Position numbers and translations under genes: made by a program. Below the pieces are notes generated by a model. That model made no database searches, had not been told where the DNA came from, and saw only the letters and a program-made list of their open reading frames with translations. Shown here piece by piece: positions 34,251 to 45,483 of a stretch of 64,000 nucleotides of DNA (its first letter is position 1; each line of letters begins with the position of its first letter). This stretch comes from Anaerolineae bacterium. Its GTDB lineage: Bacteria; Chloroflexota; Anaerolineae; DUEN01. The DNA is taken from contig JANXBS010000004.1 in NCBI GenBank assembly GCA_025060615.1, positions 5,400 through 69,399 of the forward strand, given 5' to 3'.

Positions 34251-34445
34251 CGAAGATCACTTGCCTTGATCGATCAGCTTGTGCTCATGGGGGAAAGATG
34301 GCCCCTTCATCAGAGGAGTTGGCTCATGTTCATGAGAGCAGCCTATCCTTGGGCGAAAACGATCCACGGTAGCCCTTTCCCCGGAGAGGCTGATGTCTCT
34401 CAGCTCCAGAAGCCGCCTAGGCCATGCTATCAACATGCCCTTGGC

Positions 34446-35066
34446 TCATGGGCGAATCTCGATTCTGATTTTCCCTTCGCCGATCTGCAAATCCCTAACG
34501 TAGAAGCCGGCCGTGTACTGCGTTAGAGCCTGCTCAGCGATGCCAGGCAACATACGGGTCATCAGGTTTAAAGGCTGCAACTGCTCGACTGCCATGCGCA
34601 CTCGCCCGTTCTCGGCCCACAGCCGAATCGTAGCCTGTAAGTTGCTGATGGATAGCAATCCGTAACGCAACTGGCCTGCCTGCACCTGCACCCGTCCGCC
34701 AGTAAAGCGTACCGTCAGGTCGGTCACCTGAACCTGTCTCTGCACCTCTTCGCTAACGATGGCCTCCTCGATCATGCCCTCAGTGATCTCCCATACAATG
34801 CGATCCGGGGTGGGCGTGGCTACTGCCTCGACTTTTGGCGTAGGCGTGGGAGTGGACGTAGGCGTCGGCGTTGGCGTAGGCGGGATTGGTGTCGGCGTCG
34901 CAGTGGGTGTCCAAGTAGGGGCCACCGTTCCAGGCAGGGGAACTGGCGTGAGCGACACGAGCGCCGGGAGCTGAGGTGGCATGCAGGCAGCTATCCAGAG
35001 CGCCAACGCTACAAGCCATCCCCAACCCATCCATTTCAGCTTTAGCATGTGGCTCTTTCGTTGCAT
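34446..35066 (-). CDS. Exported/lipoprotein-like hypothetical protein with Thr/Pro-rich linker and C-terminal beta domain
   Basis: Signal peptide (…WIAAC lipobox-like), TPTATPTPIPPTPTPTPTSTPTPTP linker. Confidence 0.5.
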   Translation of the reverse strand: MQRKSHMLKLKWMGWGWLVALALWIAACMPPQLPALVSLTPVPLPGTVAPTWTPTATPTPIPPTPTPTPTSTPTPTPKVEAVATPTPDRIVWEITEGMIEEAIVSEEVQRQVQVTDLTVRFTGGRVQVQAGQLRYGLLSISNLQATIRLWAENGRVRMAVEQLQPLNLMTRMLPGIAEQALTQYTAGFYVRDLQIGEGKIRIEIRP

Positions 35067-35177
35067 CTTTTCTCACCTCTCCGCAATAGATCTCTAAATG
35101 ATTGTGAAGTTTAATGACCGAATCATCATGAAGCGTCTGGAGCGCACGTCAATTGATCGATGGGGGAAAAGGTCATC

Positions 35178-35711
35178 TCATCCTGTTGAAACAAGCGTTT
35201 GCTCGCAGGCATGACGCAGGCCACAACCTAGGCAGCGAGCGGGATCTTGATGTGAACGAGCGACCTCAACGCGCGTCAATGCTCGCCGCAGTTCAGTCAA
35301 AGTCTCTAGCACCGCTTGTCGTAGGGCATCGTCGAAGGGTACCACCAGAGTGGCATCATCGTAACACAGTAACCCATGCGAGGGTCGATGGCTAGCCCAA
35401 TCCTCGACCAGTAGACAGTAGGCAGCTAGTTGTAGAAGATGAGACGGATGAGGGTGTATAGGGCGAGGGCCAGATTTGACCTCGACCGGGATGATCTCTC
35501 TCCCATGCTTAACCAGATAGTCTGGGCGGCCGACCAATCCCCAACGCCGGCTGATGATGGACGTCTTCACGCGCCACCACCGACTCGTGTCAGCATAGAT
35601 CACGCGGCCGGCTGGCAACCCAGCAGCCCGGCTAATGCGGCTGGACCACCACAACATGAGCGCGCCTGTCACGATGAGCAGAAAGGCGATCCCCCACAAT
35701 ACAGCGGACAA
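35178..35711 (-). CDS. Membrane-anchored PD-(D/E)XK nuclease core, Cas4/DUF83 family, with C-terminal CX2CX5C cluster but no N-terminal Cys motif
   Basis: N-terminal TM helix, then GRPDYLV…IIPVEVKSG (motifs II/III), LLQLAAYCLL (QhxxY), C-terminal ARCLGCGLRHAC. Confidence 0.6.
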   Translation of the reverse strand: MSAVLWGIAFLLIVTGALMLWWSSRISRAAGLPAGRVIYADTSRWWRVKTSIISRRWGLVGRPDYLVKHGREIIPVEVKSGPRPIHPHPSHLLQLAAYCLLVEDWASHRPSHGLLCYDDATLVVPFDDALRQAVLETLTELRRALTRVEVARSHQDPARCLGCGLRHACEQTLVSTG

Positions 35712-35782
35712 GCGATTTTGCCCCGCTAATTAGATGCAGGCGATAGACGAAAAGCTCTCAAACACTGACCAGCGGCTGACCG

Positions 35783-36502
35783 CTACCCTTTCGCCGGTGG
35801 CCTCGTCCACGGTAGGATGATAATCGGTACGCCATACGGTCCCCACCGCGTAAACCACTCGGCATCCTCCGGGCGCAGGCGGATGCATCCACGGCTGGCC
35901 GGAAATGCGCCCAATGCATACATCTCCTGGTACCGCTTGACGCCGTTCTCGATCACGTAGGGAGCACCGTGGATCAAAATATGGCCCTCATGCCGGAACA
36001 GGAACCAGCCGTGATCGGCGCTCACGCCATTGGCCGAGAAAGTCCCCCAATACTCGCCGACCCGGCCCACCCAGGCCGGCGTGCGATATCCTTGATCCGG
36101 ATCCCCGCTGCTAATCGGCAGATCTGCTACGATTACACCGCCCTCCGCTACGATCATACGTTGGCGGTCCTGGTCTACCACGATAAAGCGGCCATTGGGA
36201 TCGAACCCGTTCTCTTCCACCAACGCCCGAAGGCGCGTATCGGGCGTTGGGATGGGAGTGGGGATCACAGGATCGGACATGATCCAGGCTGATGGCCGCG
36301 TGGGTGACGGCAAGAGAGTTGGCGCAGACAATGGGGTAGGAGACGGGCGTGGCGGCCGCATCCAAGGCTCGCCGGGGAAGTCAGCGCGCTCAGGAGCCGC
36401 CAGATCTTGCGAGTGGGTGAGGGTCATTACCCACCAAGCCACGAATGCAAGGGAGAACATCAGCCCCAGCCGCAGGAGTAGGCGCTTGCCCCTTCTAAAC
36501 AT
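35783..36502 (-). CDS. L,D-transpeptidase (YkuD domain) with N-terminal signal anchor
   Basis: Catalytic motif HGAPYV…SRGCIRL; start ATG overlaps the stop of the upstream 82-aa ORF (ATATGTTTAG). Confidence 0.8.
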   Translation of the reverse strand: MFRRGKRLLLRLGLMFSLAFVAWWVMTLTHSQDLAAPERADFPGEPWMRPPRPSPTPLSAPTLLPSPTRPSAWIMSDPVIPTPIPTPDTRLRALVEENGFDPNGRFIVVDQDRQRMIVAEGGVIVADLPISSGDPDQGYRTPAWVGRVGEYWGTFSANGVSADHGWFLFRHEGHILIHGAPYVIENGVKRYQEMYALGAFPASRGCIRLRPEDAEWFTRWGPYGVPIIILPWTRPPAKG

Positions 36503-36743
36503 ATCGGCCGATCCCCCAGACGATCAACACGAACGCTAGCGTGAGCAATCCATAGCCGAGAAGACGTAACTCGTATGCCAATGCGACTCGTCTCCCGTGC
36601 TGTGCGTGACGTTGAACTCCCACCCGAAGGGCTGATATGTTCTCACTTTTTATGCCGCGCACTCTTTGTAGCCACCAGGCGCGGGCACAATAAGCGTACA
36701 GGCCGATCTCACTGGCTCTGATCAGGGGTTGGTTCGTAGCCAT
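36495..36743 (-). CDS. Small protein carrying a Cas4-type N-terminal motif (…ASEIGLYAYCARAWWL…ENISALRVGVQRH) followed by a TM helix
   Basis: 82-aa ORF with GAGGAG RBS 7 nt upstream of ATG 36743. The motif resembles the Cas4 N-terminal Y-x-Y-C-P-R / EN…G…H region. Confidence 0.45.
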   Translation of the reverse strand: MATNQPLIRASEIGLYAYCARAWWLQRVRGIKSENISALRVGVQRHAQHGRRVALAYELRLLGYGLLTLAFVLIVWGIGRYV

Positions 36744-37455
36744 ACACTGGCTCCTCAGGCGATGGTAGGTTCAGCCGCCTTTCCAGGGCAGCCAATGCAG
36801 CATGCATTTGGTCCTGGCGGATCGCCATGGTCAGATCGCCGCGTGTGCGCTCTAACACGCCGCGCACCATATCGGTTGTTCGGCGTAGCCCGCCAGTGAT
36901 CGCGTCCGGGTAATCCACGGTGACGAGCTGGCTATAAACATCATCCATGACTTCTAACAGCGGTTCAGCCTCCGCTGCCTTGCCAGCTCGGATCAGGTCG
37001 AGGATATAGCGGCGGAGCTCGCCCATCGCTTCGCCTAGGCCGTTAAGGTAGGCCGCATATTCGACTTGCAGATGCTCGGGCGAGGGCAGCGGCTGGCCTT
37101 GCACCAGCGCATGAACGATAGAGGCTTCGGCCAGTTCCTTGAGGGCATCTTGAGTATAGCCAACCCAGTACAGATCGGGATAACCCGCCAGCGCCTCGCG
37201 CATTTGAGCTGCCGTCTGGCGGGCCGTCTCCAGCAGTTGGGCGGCTTCTACCCATTCGCGTCGGTGCGTGGCTCGGATGCTCAGGGAACAGTAGCGAATC
37301 AACTCGCGCGAGCGTCGCAAGGTCTCATCACGCAACTCGTTGCGGCGCTCGAAATCAGAGCGTATGGCCTCAAAGATGTCCGAGAGAGATGACAATTGGC
37401 GCCTCAATATACTGATAGCGTCAGTGATTATACCTGTAAGCCGACGACCGAGCAA
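36709..37455 (-). CDS. Translin-family protein (bacterial translin-like)
   Basis: 248 aa, helical; YLNGLGEAMGELRRYILD resembles the translin GLADLTGELMR signature; 35-nt overlap with the downstream small ORF. Confidence 0.5.
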   Translation of the reverse strand: MLGRRLTGIITDAISILRRQLSSLSDIFEAIRSDFERRNELRDETLRRSRELIRYCSLSIRATHRREWVEAAQLLETARQTAAQMREALAGYPDLYWVGYTQDALKELAEASIVHALVQGQPLPSPEHLQVEYAAYLNGLGEAMGELRRYILDLIRAGKAAEAEPLLEVMDDVYSQLVTVDYPDAITGGLRRTTDMVRGVLERTRGDLTMAIRQDQMHAALAALERRLNLPSPEEPVYGYEPTPDQSQ

Positions 37456-37702
37456 CTAGGCCCACGTTACCCACCGGTGAGCCACTCCCACCCTTGCACA
37501 AGGCCAGGCGACAGCCCATGCCCAGCCGCATTCTGCCGTCTGGCCAGCAACTGACCTATAGCCATTGCGCCTCAAACCTCTCAGGCGAGCCCGTCAAGAA
37601 GGTCACAGACAGCCATTTGAGGAATTGATTGGTAACCATATCTTACGGCCATTGGGCAGAGATAGGCGGGATAAGACAACGAACGCATGGGATAAGGGAT
37701 CC

Positions 37703-38080
37703 TTATCCAGGAGGCCAGCGCATATGACGGCCGCCGAGCAGATGCACATGGAGATGATCTATAGACTGCCCGGCCTGGGGGCCATTATTGATGACGAGTC
37801 GATACCCGGAACGGGCGATCCCCTCGCGCTCAGCCAGCTCACGAGCGACCAGCATCAGCCGCCCGGCCAGGGTGCCATCCTCCGCTCCTAGGGCTGTTAT
37901 CGCGGGGATGTGCCGGCGGGGCACGATCAAGACGTGCACGGGCGCCTGTGGGTTGATGTCTCGAAACGCCACGACCTCCTCGTCCTGGTACACGATATCG
38001 GCCGGCGCCTCACGACGCACAATCCGGCAGAACACGCAACGAGCATCGCTCAATTCGTCACCTCTATCACCTTGCCCCAC
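37703..38080 (-). CDS. HIT-family (histidine triad) hydrolase
   Basis: CVFCRI and HLHVHLLGG (HxHxHxx) motifs. Confidence 0.8.
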   Translation of the reverse strand: MGQGDRGDELSDARCVFCRIVRREAPADIVYQDEEVVAFRDINPQAPVHVLIVPRRHIPAITALGAEDGTLAGRLMLVARELAEREGIARSGYRLVINNGPQAGQSIDHLHVHLLGGRHMRWPPG

Positions 38081-39360
38081 AGGGCATCTCCCTCTAGCTG
38101 ATCCAACCGAACCGGGGTGATCCGGTTGTGCAGGCCCACATCTGCTGGCATCATCGTCAACACGCGCAGATAGTTATCCGTCAGGCCAGTCCACACGCGC
38201 TGATCAGTTCCTAACAAGGGCTGTCCATCCCCTTCCCAGAGCACTGGCCGAACCTGTCCCAACTGGGCACGGCGCACCTCGCGCCCACTGCGGGCATCTA
38301 GATCGCGCATGACTGCGCTGCGCTCACGTTTAACCGCCTCAGGGACCTGTCCTTTCATGCGTGCGGCCGCCGTGCCAGGCCTGGGTGAATACGGGAAGAC
38401 GTGAAGATGGGCAAACCGCATGGATTCCACGAACCGCAGGCTCTGCTGAAACTCTTCATCGGTCTCGCCAGGAAAGCCCACGATGATATCCGTAGTGATG
38501 GTCAGATGGGGGATACGCTCGCGGGCGCATTCCACTAAACGAGCGTAGCTTGCGGTGGTGTAGCGACGGGCCATACGGCGCAGGGTAGCGTCGCACCCGG
38601 ATTGCAAGGGCAGGTGTAGATGCGGGCACAAGCGGCCTTCGCTTTCCCGCCATAGATCGAAGAAATCCGGACCCAGGTCCCATGGCTCCAGCGAGGAAAG
38701 CCGCAGGCGAGGCAGACGAGTCTGGCGCAAGATCGCTCGCACCAGGGACGCTAAGTTGGTGCCCAGATCGCGCCCATAGGCGCCTAAATGCACGCCGGTG
38801 AGCACTGCCTCTTGATATCCCTCGGCGACCAGGGCGTTGATCTCGTTCACCACCGCAGCGAGAGGCCGGCTGCGTTCCTCGCCGCGGGCGACTGTGACGA
38901 TACAGAATGTGCAACGATTGTTGCAGCCGTCTTGCACTTTGACGAAAGCGCGGGTCCGCGTAGCAGCAAAAGGCGGACAATCCGGTCGGAACACCTCATC
39001 TGCCGGTCGATGGGGGAGTTCCTCCGCCCATAGAGCCAGCAGGTCGGCCAGCCGCTCTTTTTCGCGATTGTCCACGACCAAGCGCACTTGTGGCAGCCGC
39101 TGAACGGTGGTCGGTGCCAAGGTGGCATAACAGCCGGTGATAGCTAGGCGCGCATGAGGATTAGCCCGAGCCAGGGCGCGCGCCAGCGCGCGCGATTTCG
39201 CTTCAGCCGTCGTGGTCACTGCGCATGTGTTCAACACGCAGACATCCGCATCGCTAGGCGCCTGCACCACGTGAAGGCCGCGGGCCGAGAGCTCACGCGC
39301 CAACCGTTCCATCTCGCTAAAGTTCAAGCGACACCCCAACGTCTCCAGATATATCCGCAT
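38050..39360 (-). CDS. Radical-SAM tRNA methylthiotransferase (MiaB/MtaB family)
   Basis: N-terminal MTTase domain (LETLGCRLN, NTCAVT), radical SAM CNNRCTFC, C-terminal TRAM; 436 aa. Confidence 0.85.
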   Translation of the reverse strand: MRIYLETLGCRLNFSEMERLARELSARGLHVVQAPSDADVCVLNTCAVTTTAEAKSRALARALARANPHARLAITGCYATLAPTTVQRLPQVRLVVDNREKERLADLLALWAEELPHRPADEVFRPDCPPFAATRTRAFVKVQDGCNNRCTFCIVTVARGEERSRPLAAVVNEINALVAEGYQEAVLTGVHLGAYGRDLGTNLASLVRAILRQTRLPRLRLSSLEPWDLGPDFFDLWRESEGRLCPHLHLPLQSGCDATLRRMARRYTTASYARLVECARERIPHLTITTDIIVGFPGETDEEFQQSLRFVESMRFAHLHVFPYSPRPGTAAARMKGQVPEAVKRERSAVMRDLDARSGREVRRAQLGQVRPVLWEGDGQPLLGTDQRVWTGLTDNYLRVLTMMPADVGLHNRITPVRLDQLEGDALWGKVIEVTN

Positions 39361-39577
39361 ATCTCTCAGTACATGATCTCCCCTTCAAGGGTGGGCTCCT
39401 CTTTCATCGCACTCGACGGGGGAGGATCAAACCCGCCCTTGTTTTCATTATATCTCTATTCACTTGAACGCAAAAGCGCGCGACCTAGGCTTCAGCGTTT
39501 GGGGACCTCGCGAATTCTGCGTATACTGTCAGTGGAAGCACACTTCCCCCTGAGATCTCTGCTAACGGTGGTGTGAC

Positions 39578-42283
<2,706 letters not shown>

Positions 42284-42310
42284 CAGCCGCCAAGGCGAGT
42301 ATTAAGCGCT

Positions 42311-43900
42311 ATGTCGTCCTTGATGAGCTATCAACTACGGCAACGGGAATACCTGCTGGAGATCAGCCGGGCGATGACAGCCCGCCTCGAGCTCGGTGCC
42401 GTCTTGCGGCTTATCCTGACCTACGCCGCTGAAATGGTCGGAGCCGAGGTGGGCTTGATCGCCCTGAGCGAGCGCAACGGTGAGCTAGTCGTAAAGGCCT
42501 CGTACGGGATCCCAGCTCAGCTCTTGCCGCGCTTCGCCCCGTTGCTGACCGATATCCCGCGTCTAATGGATTTGCAGCAGCGCACTGGCTGGCAGATCCC
42601 CGATCTCAACCTACGCCTGCATGCCGTCTCGGCAGCAGTGGGCTTGCCTCTGGACCAGGTCATCTCCTTACCGTTGGTGGTGGAGGATGAGCCGCTGGGG
42701 GTGATTTACCTCTTCCGCTCCGGCAGCCTCGCTTTCACCAGCAACGACCGCCGGGTGTTGATGGCGTTCGCTGCGCAGGCTGCGATTGCTGTGCGCAACG
42801 CCCGGCTGTATTCAGACCTGGTCGCTGGCAAGCAACGGCTGGACGCGGTCATTGAGAACTCGGCCGACGGCATCATGATCCTGGATCCACAACGGCGGAT
42901 CGAGATCATCAACCGGGCGATGTTGCAGATGACCGGGTGGTCGCGCGAGGACGCCCTTGGGCAGCCATGCCACAAAGTGCTGGCTTTGCAGAACATCGAA
43001 GGAAACGATATCTGTCAAATCGAGAACCCAGAGGCCCAGTTGCCGCGTCAGGGGACCCTCTATGTCGAAGGGGAGCTCATACGTCCCAGCGGCTCGCGCC
43101 TGGTGGTGGGCGTCCGCTACACCCCGCTGTGGGATGAGGCGGGCCACCTACGCAACATCATCGTCAACGTGGTGGACATTACCCGCTACCGGGAGGCGGA
43201 GGACATGAAGCGCACCTTCATCTCCGTGATCTCCCATGAGCTGAAGACCCCTGTGGCTCTGATCAAGGGATATGCGACGACGCTGGCTCGCGAGGACGCC
43301 CATTGGGATCAGGAGACCCTGCGCGAGGGCCTGCGCGTGATCGAAGAGGAGAGCGACCGTCTCAACAGCCTGATTGACAACCTGCTGGATGCCTCGCGCA
43401 TCCAGGCCGGCGTGTTGAAACTAGAGATGGGGGATGTAAACCTACCACAACTCGTGCGTCGCGCAGTTGAGCGGTTCTCCACCCAGACTGATCGGCATCA
43501 ATTTGAGATTGATTTCCCAGAAGACTTTCCCATTGTGCTGGGGGACGATGAGCGACTACGACAGGTGCTGGATAACCTGATCAGCAACGCCATCAAGTAC
43601 TCGCCTGACGGCGGCGTAATTCGCATCGGCGGATGGGCGGATGAAGACCAGGTGACCGTGTATGTGGCCGATCAAGGGATTGGCATCCCGCCAGAGGAAC
43701 ACAGTCGGCTCTTCAACCGATTTTACCGGGTGGATTCCAGCCTGCGCCGCAAGACGCAAGGAGCAGGTCTAGGGCTGTTCCTGTGCAAGTCGCTCGTTGA
43801 GGCCCATGGTGGGCATATCTGGTTCCGCTCGGAGCCGGGGAAAGGCTCTACCTTTTTCTTCTCACTGCCCATCGCTAAGGGCGAAGCTGCGGCACGATAA
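42311..43900 (+). CDS. Sensor histidine kinase with GAF and PAS domains
   Basis: HisKA H-box ISHELKTPVALIKGY, HATPase N/G boxes (LDNLISNAIKYS, DQGIGIP, GAGLGL). Confidence 0.85.
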   Translation: MSSLMSYQLRQREYLLEISRAMTARLELGAVLRLILTYAAEMVGAEVGLIALSERNGELVVKASYGIPAQLLPRFAPLLTDIPRLMDLQQRTGWQIPDLNLRLHAVSAAVGLPLDQVISLPLVVEDEPLGVIYLFRSGSLAFTSNDRRVLMAFAAQAAIAVRNARLYSDLVAGKQRLDAVIENSADGIMILDPQRRIEIINRAMLQMTGWSREDALGQPCHKVLALQNIEGNDICQIENPEAQLPRQGTLYVEGELIRPSGSRLVVGVRYTPLWDEAGHLRNIIVNVVDITRYREAEDMKRTFISVISHELKTPVALIKGYATTLAREDAHWDQETLREGLRVIEEESDRLNSLIDNLLDASRIQAGVLKLEMGDVNLPQLVRRAVERFSTQTDRHQFEIDFPEDFPIVLGDDERLRQVLDNLISNAIKYSPDGGVIRIGGWADEDQVTVYVADQGIGIPPEEHSRLFNRFYRVDSSLRRKTQGAGLGLFLCKSLVEAHGGHIWFRSEPGKGSTFFFSLPIAKGEAAAR

Positions 43901-45440
43901 ACCCGAACAGCGCCAGCAGATCGAGGGCGGCCATCCCCAGATAGACGAGCGCCAGATACACACCGCGCCATCGCGCCGGCGTCAAGCCGACAAAGCCCAA
44001 TGCGATCCCCGCCCCGCCCCCTAGCGCAGCCGTCCATCGGCTCACATGGCCACGAGAGAGGCCGAAAACGAGATAGCCCAATGTGGCGATCAGTAGCAAG
44101 CCTGCCATCCACTGGCTAAGGCGCGGTTGCAACACCCGATCCAATCCCACAGCGAAGCACAGCCCCCAAACTGGCAACGCTGGGAACAGGTAGCGCCCTT
44201 GGTGCTGCACAAATGTCAGATTGTACCAAACATATGCGCCAATGGTCAGTAGCAGCCACACCAGCATCCACGCAATCACTTGCCTCTGCGCGCTCCCCTC
44301 GTTGATCATCGTAGCCGGCGAGCTCTCGTCACTATGATGTTGCTCTCCTCTTTCAAGGCTTTCTATAGCCCTCGGACGAACATGAGGACCTGGTCGTCTG
44401 CCAGGCTGAAGCACCTCCCAGACCGCCACCAGGCATCCCACCGCTATCACCGCGCTCAGGATCGCCAGCGCAAGGTAGATGCGGCTGTCCATGAGCACGC
44501 CCATCCAACCGAATTGTCCCCAGAAGCTACGAAAGGTGGTGACACCTGCCTGTCGCAATAGCTCGACCGATCCCATCTGTGCCAGCCATTCGCTCGTGCG
44601 CGGCTGGCCAACCACTACCAAGTTGTGCTGCCTGAGGCCCAGGATGTCGCCGGGGCCGTATACCAGCCAGTTACGGACCCACCAGGGCAATCCCAGCAGT
44701 ATCCCAGGCCCCAATCCCAACGCCAAACGCCGGGCCCAATCCCGACCATCACTCGCGCCGCGCCATAGAATCGCTAGGAAAACCAACGGCCACGCCAAAT
44801 AAGCGGTAGTCTTAGTCAGAAAGCCTAGCCCGGTGAGCAGAGCCAGGCCTAGGAGCAGCCAACGGTCGCGTCGCCAGTCCCCTTTGCTGCGCAGATAAGC
44901 CAACGACAGAGCCGCGCATCCGGCGAGAATCCACTCGCCCAGGATATCGTTGTTGACGGCTGCGCTCATCGCTATGTGCTGGGGTAAAAACGCCGCAAAG
45001 GCCGTTCCCCCCAACGCCAGTCCCTCGCGGCCCGGAAGTGCGATGCGCAGAAGCCGATAGATCGTCCATAGCAGCCCTACCCCCAGCGCCACGCTGAAGA
45101 GGCGCAACGCGATCAACCGACCATCGGCCAACCGGTACACAGGCACTGCTAGCACATAGTAGAGCGGAGGCTGATGAGACTCGTATCGGATGGGATCTAC
45201 AGACATGTCAGCGGGGAAGCGGCGCGCCTTGATCTCCTCGAGATAACCCTGATTGTAATCGCCCGGCTGAAGGATGGGGAGTTGTCCCTTCTCAGCCAGG
45301 TCACGGATGTAGTTATAGTGGGCCGGTTCATCGGGGGCTTGCCAAGCGGGGGTGAAGACAGCATATAGGCTGGCGATGACCACGTAACCCACGAGGATTA
45401 AACCGAGCAAGATGCGCGACCATGTGGCGGCAGGTGACAT
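43875..45440 (-). CDS. Polytopic membrane glycosyltransferase of the PMT_2/GT39-GT83-like (ArnT/Pmt) type
   Basis: 521 aa, >10 TM helices, first periplasmic loop with APDEPAHYNY (DE motif); stop overlaps HK stop. Confidence 0.55.
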   Translation of the reverse strand: MSPAATWSRILLGLILVGYVVIASLYAVFTPAWQAPDEPAHYNYIRDLAEKGQLPILQPGDYNQGYLEEIKARRFPADMSVDPIRYESHQPPLYYVLAVPVYRLADGRLIALRLFSVALGVGLLWTIYRLLRIALPGREGLALGGTAFAAFLPQHIAMSAAVNNDILGEWILAGCAALSLAYLRSKGDWRRDRWLLLGLALLTGLGFLTKTTAYLAWPLVFLAILWRGASDGRDWARRLALGLGPGILLGLPWWVRNWLVYGPGDILGLRQHNLVVVGQPRTSEWLAQMGSVELLRQAGVTTFRSFWGQFGWMGVLMDSRIYLALAILSAVIAVGCLVAVWEVLQPGRRPGPHVRPRAIESLERGEQHHSDESSPATMINEGSAQRQVIAWMLVWLLLTIGAYVWYNLTFVQHQGRYLFPALPVWGLCFAVGLDRVLQPRLSQWMAGLLLIATLGYLVFGLSRGHVSRWTAALGGGAGIALGFVGLTPARWRGVYLALVYLGMAALDLLALFGFIVPQLRP

Positions 45441-45483
45441 ATGAACTCCCCTGAAACGAGCGATGGGATTGCCTTCGCCTGCC

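Noticed and set aside
37689-37708. Palindrome GGATAAGG-GAT-CCTTATCC at the HIT gene stop
   Set aside because: Overlaps the coding end of the HIT gene with only a weak downstream U-tract; could be a weak terminator or chance, not reported as a feature
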